Origin: Octopus sinensis
Taxonomy: Eukaryota
Direction: 5' to 3'
NCBI RefSeq assembly: GCF_006345805.1
Contig: NW_021833420.1
Coordinates: 11,637-75,636 of the forward strand
DNA: 64,000 nt
Of the stretch, positions 60,400 to 64,000 are shown in pieces. The position numbers and the translations under genes were made by a program. A model generated the notes under the pieces. The model did not search any database and was not told the origin of the DNA. It saw nothing but the letters and a program-made list of their open reading frames with translations. Each line of letters begins with the position of its first letter. Within the stretch, counting starts at the first letter, position 1.

Positions 60400-63300
60400 A
60401 TAGGACCGACATACACGGTGTAGATGGAACAAACAAGTCAATACTATTGTTATGGAGTGTTACTACCTGAACAAACCCGTAGACGAAAATGGTGTTCATC
60501 TTAGGGGATACCGACAAAGTATGTATGATCAATTGAGAGAAAGAGGATTGTTTCAACTTACGGAACAGAGATTATATGATTAAACTGGAGCAATAAGAAA
60601 AAATTGTTCGTTCACAGAAGTAGGAAAGAAGCTATCAAAAGATGAGAATTGGAAAATAGCGGCAGAGGAAAAGATGAAAATACAGTTCCTACTGATAAAA
60701 GTAATCTCATAGCAGAAAACAGAGGTGAAATCTCTAATAAACCACTGGAAAGGAACAGTGATAGCTGCTCGATGAAAGACATATAAATGGTATGGAAGAA
60801 AACAATAAAACTAATGGCAACATGACAGATGGGCAAATGGCAATCTAAGACAGCATGAAAGCAAGACTACAGGAGAATGATAGCGACATTATTTGCAACC
60901 TTAACAAGGTTGAACAGTGGAAATTGAACCAAGAAACGAAAAATATGAATGAAATTCTGAAATACATCTGAACAAAAGACATCACAGAAACACACAATTT
61001 GATCAATGCAGCAAGTGTTGTATCAGAAAATGTTGGTGTTGACGTCAAGAAGAAGAAATAGAGTGAGAGTGACAAAAGAAAAGATCCCTGGTGGAAAAGG
61101 ATACAGGCGGGGTTAGATATACTCTCGAAAGACATTTCTGTGTTAGACCAAAAAGAGAATGGGGAGCTTAAAAGCGAACAAAAATACAGCGCATTGAACA
61201 GGAAGTATGATATTCAAAGGGCCTAAAAATGATAATGGAGGAACTGAAACAGCGCCTTGTTGCAAAGAAAGCAAAGATGGTAAGATACAACTAAAGAATG
61301 AAGGGATACCAGCAGAATAGGTTATTCAGAGTATATCAGAAGAGATTCTACAAAGAAATAAATGGAGAGTGTACAAATGGAAAGTTGATACCAGATAACA
61401 TTGAAAGTCAAAGGTTTTGGAGTGACATCTGGAGCAAATACAAGGAGCACAAGAAGGATGCTGAATGGTTGCAAGAACTGAAACAAAACAGTAGTCTGCC
61501 CAAAACAGGCAGAACTAGTCATTTCAGTTTGGGACGTGAAGGAAATCGGTAACATAATGGGCAATCGGAAGGCCTCGGGAACAGATATAGTTCAAGGGTA
61601 CTGGATCAATAGATTTAGTGAATGTCACGCGCGAATAGATGCACAAGTCAATACCTTGTTAAATGCCAACCAAGTAACACCAGAGTGGTTGGCAATGGAT
61701 AGGGCAGCGATGTGCTTGAAAAACACCGAAAAAGGCAATACAGTAGACAATTACAGGCCGATATACTGCTCACCACTTATGTGGAAATTATTGACTGGAA
61801 CAGGCGCAGAGTCAATGTATGAACATTTGGTAAAAATGGAGCCTTGCCATTTTGTAAGCGTAAGTGCAGAGGTATCAAGAATCAACTCATGGTAGTCAAA
61901 ACTGTACTTAGAGAGTGCAAGAGGAGGAAAACTAACTTAGCCATGTCATGGATCGATTATCGTAAGGCGTACGATATGATCCCACATTCTTGGATTATGA
62001 AATGTATGAACCTATTTGGTATGTCGAGCGATTGCTTGGAAAAGGATGGCGAAGTGGAGGACGGAACTGACAGCAAATAGAAGAAGCTTAGGACAATAGA
62101 AATCAGTAGAGGCACCTTCCAAGGGGACTGTCTGTCCCCACTGATCTTTGTTCTGTGCATGATAACACTAACGCTGATTCTGTGGAAAGTAAAGGTTGGG
62201 TATGTATTCAAAAGTCGCGAAGAAAAAGTCAACTACTAGTTATTCAGAGATGACCTTAAACTTTATAGTAAAGATGAATCCCAAGTCAGTTCCTCTTTAA
62301 TAAGGTGTATACTTTCAGTGCTGATATCAGAATGGAGTTCAGACTGAAAAAGTGTGGTGTGTTAGTCTTAAAGTGAAGCAAAATCAAATGTATGGACGGG
62401 CTAATGATACCGTCGGGGGAGGTTATGAAGCAGATAGCAGAGACGGACTATAAGTACTTGGAGATATTAGAAATGGATAACTTAAGGAGAAAGAAATGAC
62501 AGAAAAATTTAAGGTGGAGTACTTGCGCAGACGGAGATTGATCTGCAAGTCGAAATTAAACGGACAGAATAAGATTGAAGCTATCAACACCTGGGCGGTT
62601 TTACTACTTAGATATGGAGCAGGCGTAATCCCATGGACAGTAGACGAACTGAACACCTTAGACAGAAAGACAAGAAAGTTCTTAATTGGGTATAGGATAC
62701 TCCACCCAAAATGAGACACAGACAGACTGTATGTACCAAGAAAAAATGGGGGAAGAGACTGATTGGATGCGAACACAGTATTAGAGCAGACGAAAACATC
62801 ATAGCATCGTCTGTAAAAAATTCCACAGAACCGCTATTATTGCAAGTAAGAAGGTCAGGCTTTTGTAGGATGGAAGACTGCAAAGATAAAGCACTGTACA
62901 AGCACTTGAGAATGAATGAAACTGAAAATAGGTGGATAAAGAAAAGAAGGCATGGACAATTTCACAGGGATGCTGAAGATAAGACAGACAAAGAAAAAAC
63001 GGCTATGGATGACTAAAAGTGATTTAAAACCAGAAACGGAAGCTCTAATCTGTGTTGCCCAAGAGCAAGCATTAAGAATAGACAACACATCAGAAAGTGA
63101 TAAGTACAGAATTTGTGGACAAAATGGTGAAACCATATGGTACTTTACTAGTCAATGTACGCTACTAGCCCAGAAGGAATATAAGAGACGTCACGACGGT
63201 ATAACAAGCATTGTCCATTGGAGACTTTGCAACACGTATGGACTTTACAGAGCAAAAAAGTGGTACGAACATAACCCCGAAGGCATCACCGAAAATGATA

Positions 63301-63745
63301 ATGCATTGGTTATTTTATGATTCAGTGCGACCATAAGATAGAAAATAGGAAACCACACATAGTGTTAATTGAGAAAGAAGGTAAACGATGCTGAATCATA
63401 GATACAACATGCCCAGCTGACAACAAGGCATGCAATAAAGAAGAAAGAATAGAAGATAGATATGACGGGTTAGCTTGGGAGTTTAAGCAGTTGTGGTCGA
63501 TGAAAAGGGTGGTAGTAATACCAATAATTGTTAGATCCCTGAGAACGGTGAGTAAAACAATTGAGAAGTACATGGAACAAATGGGGGCTGCAATAAAGGT
63601 GGAGCACTTGCAGAAAACAGCACTGCTTGGAACCGCTCGGATACAACGGATGGTGCTCGAAAAATAAGGGGTATTACCTCAGTTCACTGGTAGTGAACAG
63701 CTAGCACCGTAGTACATATCTAGCGTTAGAACTGAGCTCAGACAA
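60400..63745 (+). mobile_element. near full-length degenerate Dong/R4 LINE ending in (GAA)n
   Basis: RWNKQVN..VMECY (Myb-like), NYRPI, WIDYRKAYD.IPHSW, RGTFQGD.LSPLIF, KPETEALI..AQEQAL, RICGQ..ETI, RHD. Confidence 0.88.
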
Positions 63746-63748
63746 TAA

Positions 63749-63936
63749 AGAAGAAGAAGAAGAAGAAGAAGAAGAAGAAGAAGAAGAAGAAGAAGAGAAG
63801 AAGAAGAAGAAGAAGAAGAAGAAGAAGAAGAAGAAGAAGAAGAAGAAGAAGAAGAAGAAGAAGAAGAAGAAGAAGAAGAAGAAGAAGAAGAAGAAGAAAA
63901 GAAGAAGAAGAGAAGAAGAAGAAGAAGAAGAAGAAG
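63749..63936 (+). repeat. (GAA)n microsatellite / LINE tail
   Basis: About 190 bp of nearly pure GAA. Confidence 0.95.
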
Positions 63937-64000
63937 GACCTACTACCAGTGAAACAAAAGTGGTGTAGACGTAAGTGCAGAGAAACGAAGGATCAATCGA

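Overview
AT-rich, repeat-dense animal genomic DNA, most likely octopus. This is an inference from the OK/OR-type tRNA-derived SINEs and the Dong/R4-, Penelope- and mariner-rich landscape. The only host gene I can support is the 3' part of a minus-strand SLC22/organic-cation-transporter-like MFS gene. It has 7 coding exons between 54220 and 34113, all GT-AG and phase-compatible, giving 367 aa to the stop codon; its 5' exons must lie beyond the window. The rest is transposon material: several families of Dong/R4 restriction-like-endonuclease (REL) LINEs sitting in (TAA)n/(CAA)n/(GAA)n arrays, many Penelope-like element (PLE) remnants, four mariners, one TSD-bounded hAT element, two Helitron remnants, Tx1/L1 and CR1-like fragments, SINEs and microsatellites. 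The most interesting signal is about ten minimal type-I hammerhead-ribozyme-like motifs. Several use a U3/A8 covaried core and palindromic stem III, and several sit in the two arms of long foldback palindromes (17.2-17.6 kb, 41.5-42.4 kb, 48.8-49.7 kb), so both strands encode the ribozyme. Most ORFs in the supplied track are microsatellite or antisense artefacts. All family calls are by-eye motif recognition, without database searches.
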